A stretch of 64,000 nt of DNA from Octopus sinensis (Eukaryota), in assembly GCF_006345805.1 (NCBI RefSeq), contig NC_043006.1:36022001-36086000 (forward strand), read 5' to 3'. This document shows positions 62,207-64,000 of the stretch, one piece after another; the first letter of the stretch is position 1; every line of letters starts with the position of its first letter. Both the position numbers and the translations under genes were made by a program. The notes under the pieces are model-generated. The model was not told the DNA's origin. It ran no database searches and saw nothing but the letters and a program-made list of their open reading frames with translations.

Positions 62207-62904
62207 GTAAATAACTATTTTTAATACATACGCACACACATAATACATTCATACATACATGCAAATATACATACATACATGCATACACACACACACATAC
62301 ATACATACATGCATACATACATACATACATACATACATACATACATACATACATACATACATACATACATACATGCATGCAGATTCTATACTGCTCACCA
62401 GTGAAACTACATTATTGACTAAAATAACTGACCACTGTGCACCTACTACAGCTATGTAAATAGCAGGCACAACCGCAACGATTATTGTTGTATCGTATTA
62501 TTGTTATTTTTGTTATTATTATTATTGTTGTTGTTATTATTATTATTATTATTATTTAATATTGTTGTTATTACTATTATTATTGTTATTATTATTATTA
62601 GTAGTAGTAGTAGTAGCAGCAGCAGCAGCTGTAGTCAGAGTTTCTGAGAAAAAATAATTTTGGATTTGAAGTACTATCCCATGGAGAGAGTATTCTCTAT
62701 GAAAGTAAGTAAAAAACCATCAGATGCGGTAGTAAAAGCTGTTAACGACATTGGAGAGGAATATTTACACTCAGTGAAATGAACCCTTATTCTGGCAGAT
62801 TAACGCCTGCCTATATGCCCTGTCTACTATTGCAAAGCAGTACATGAGCGACATTCAAAGTTTGAACAAAACCGAAACAACAAAGAAAGTACCGTCATGG
62901 AAAG

Positions 62905-63141
62905 TACCTATTTCTTTATTACCCACACGGGGCTAAACACAGAGGAGACAAACAAGGACAGAAAAACGGATTAAGTCGGTTATATTGACCCCAGTGCGTA
63001 ACTGGTACTTAATTTATCGACCCCAAAAAGGATGAAAGGCAAAGTCGACCTCGGCGGAATTTGAACTCAGAACGTAACGGTAGACGAAATACAGCTATGC
63101 ATTTCGCCCGGCGTGCTAACGTTTCTGTCAGCTCGCCGCCA
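62905..63141 (-). mobile_element. SINE (family A)
   Basis: Core and tRNA-like head, as in the other copies. Confidence 0.85.
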
Positions 63142-63623
63142 TTTGCCAATACACTCAGACACTGCACACTGCTATGCACTGCACCAAAGATTACATTAGA
63201 ATGTTTTCATTACACTAGGATAAGAGACAAAACATGCAGCCAATGCATAGAGAGTTGCACTTGGCTGTCCATTGTAAATATGTCATAGAGGTGACCGAGA
63301 AGTAAAGTTAGCAATGATTTTGTTGCTGTAATTATGATTCTTTGTTCTATCTCGGGAGGGCCATTATGTCAATAATAAGCACTGGTTCTATTTCACTTCA
63401 TTTATTTGTCAATTGGTTGACTACTTAATCAATTAACTAACTGATTGTTTGATTAATTGTTAAGTTAATCAGTCAATCAACTAGGTTTGTCATAGTCCTT
63501 TTGTCGCTATTTGTGACCTCATGAATGACATGTCATCTCTGCTTGAAGTCCATTTCAGATTTGCCTGTCTGTATTTGTCAGTTGCATCTTTTGCTTTCAT
63601 TAAATCTTTTCCGTGAATTCCAG

Positions 63624-63888
63624 AATATCCTTGTCGAAAAAACTGTCTCATGTCTATATTGAGTCCCACGTGATTCTTGATAATGGTTGTAACGGAAAGG
63701 AACTTGGAGAGTTTGCTCTGCAGTTTCTGTCGTTACTTCAAAACGAACTAAAAATTGCTCGTACAAAAGTGTATGCAAATCGAATGCCTTACGGATTGCA
63801 GCTGCAATGGATCTTAAATGGTGGTGTTCCATTGTTTCTGCACTTGAAAGACTCTCAAAAAGTGAAACCGAAAAAGCGATGGAGTCAG
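63624..63888 (+). CDS. CHS: chitin synthase catalytic-domain exon (...IESHVILDNG...PYGLQLQW...LHLKDSQKVKPKKRWSQ); gene continues beyond the window
   Basis: Acceptor GAATTCCAG and donor CAG|GTAAGT; phase 2 in matches the previous exon. HLKD..K...KKRWSQ is diagnostic of animal chitin synthase. Not shown in the ORF track. Confidence 0.95.
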
Positions 63889-63927
63889 GTAAGTCTAATA
63901 CATAGATATGTGTGTATGTATGTGCAT

Positions 63928-64000
<73 letters not shown>

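Noticed and set aside
63578-63832. Minus-strand 84-aa ORF
   Set aside because: It is the antisense shadow of the chitin synthase exon 63624-63888.

Overview
Eukaryotic, AT-rich DNA saturated with microsatellites. Its tRNA-derived SINE families look like those of octopus genomes; the taxon is inferred, not verified. Only one host gene is supported: the 5' part of a chitin synthase on the + strand. I assembled seven GT-AG coding exons by hand (39656-63888) into a phase-consistent open frame of about 542 aa, carrying ICTTMYRE and KKRWSQ and continuing past the window. The rest is repeat-derived: a near-full-length RTE LINE with a tandemly amplified 3' UTR; three or four R4/Dong-like restriction-endonuclease (REL) LINE pieces, each in a (TAA)n tract; a Tx1/L1-like tail; a complete decayed DD34D mariner; Penelope-like remnants with inverted ends and minimal hammerhead ribozyme motifs; a small Helitron; foldback elements; and many SINEs. 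There is a 100-N gap at 11348-11447. A 4-5 kb direct duplication starts exactly at that gap and may be a haplotype or assembly duplicate. A nested long inverted-repeat structure lies at 20.4-26.7 kb. Most ORFs in the supplied track are microsatellite translations. All alignments, identities and repeat boundaries were judged by eye and are approximate unless exact motifs are quoted.
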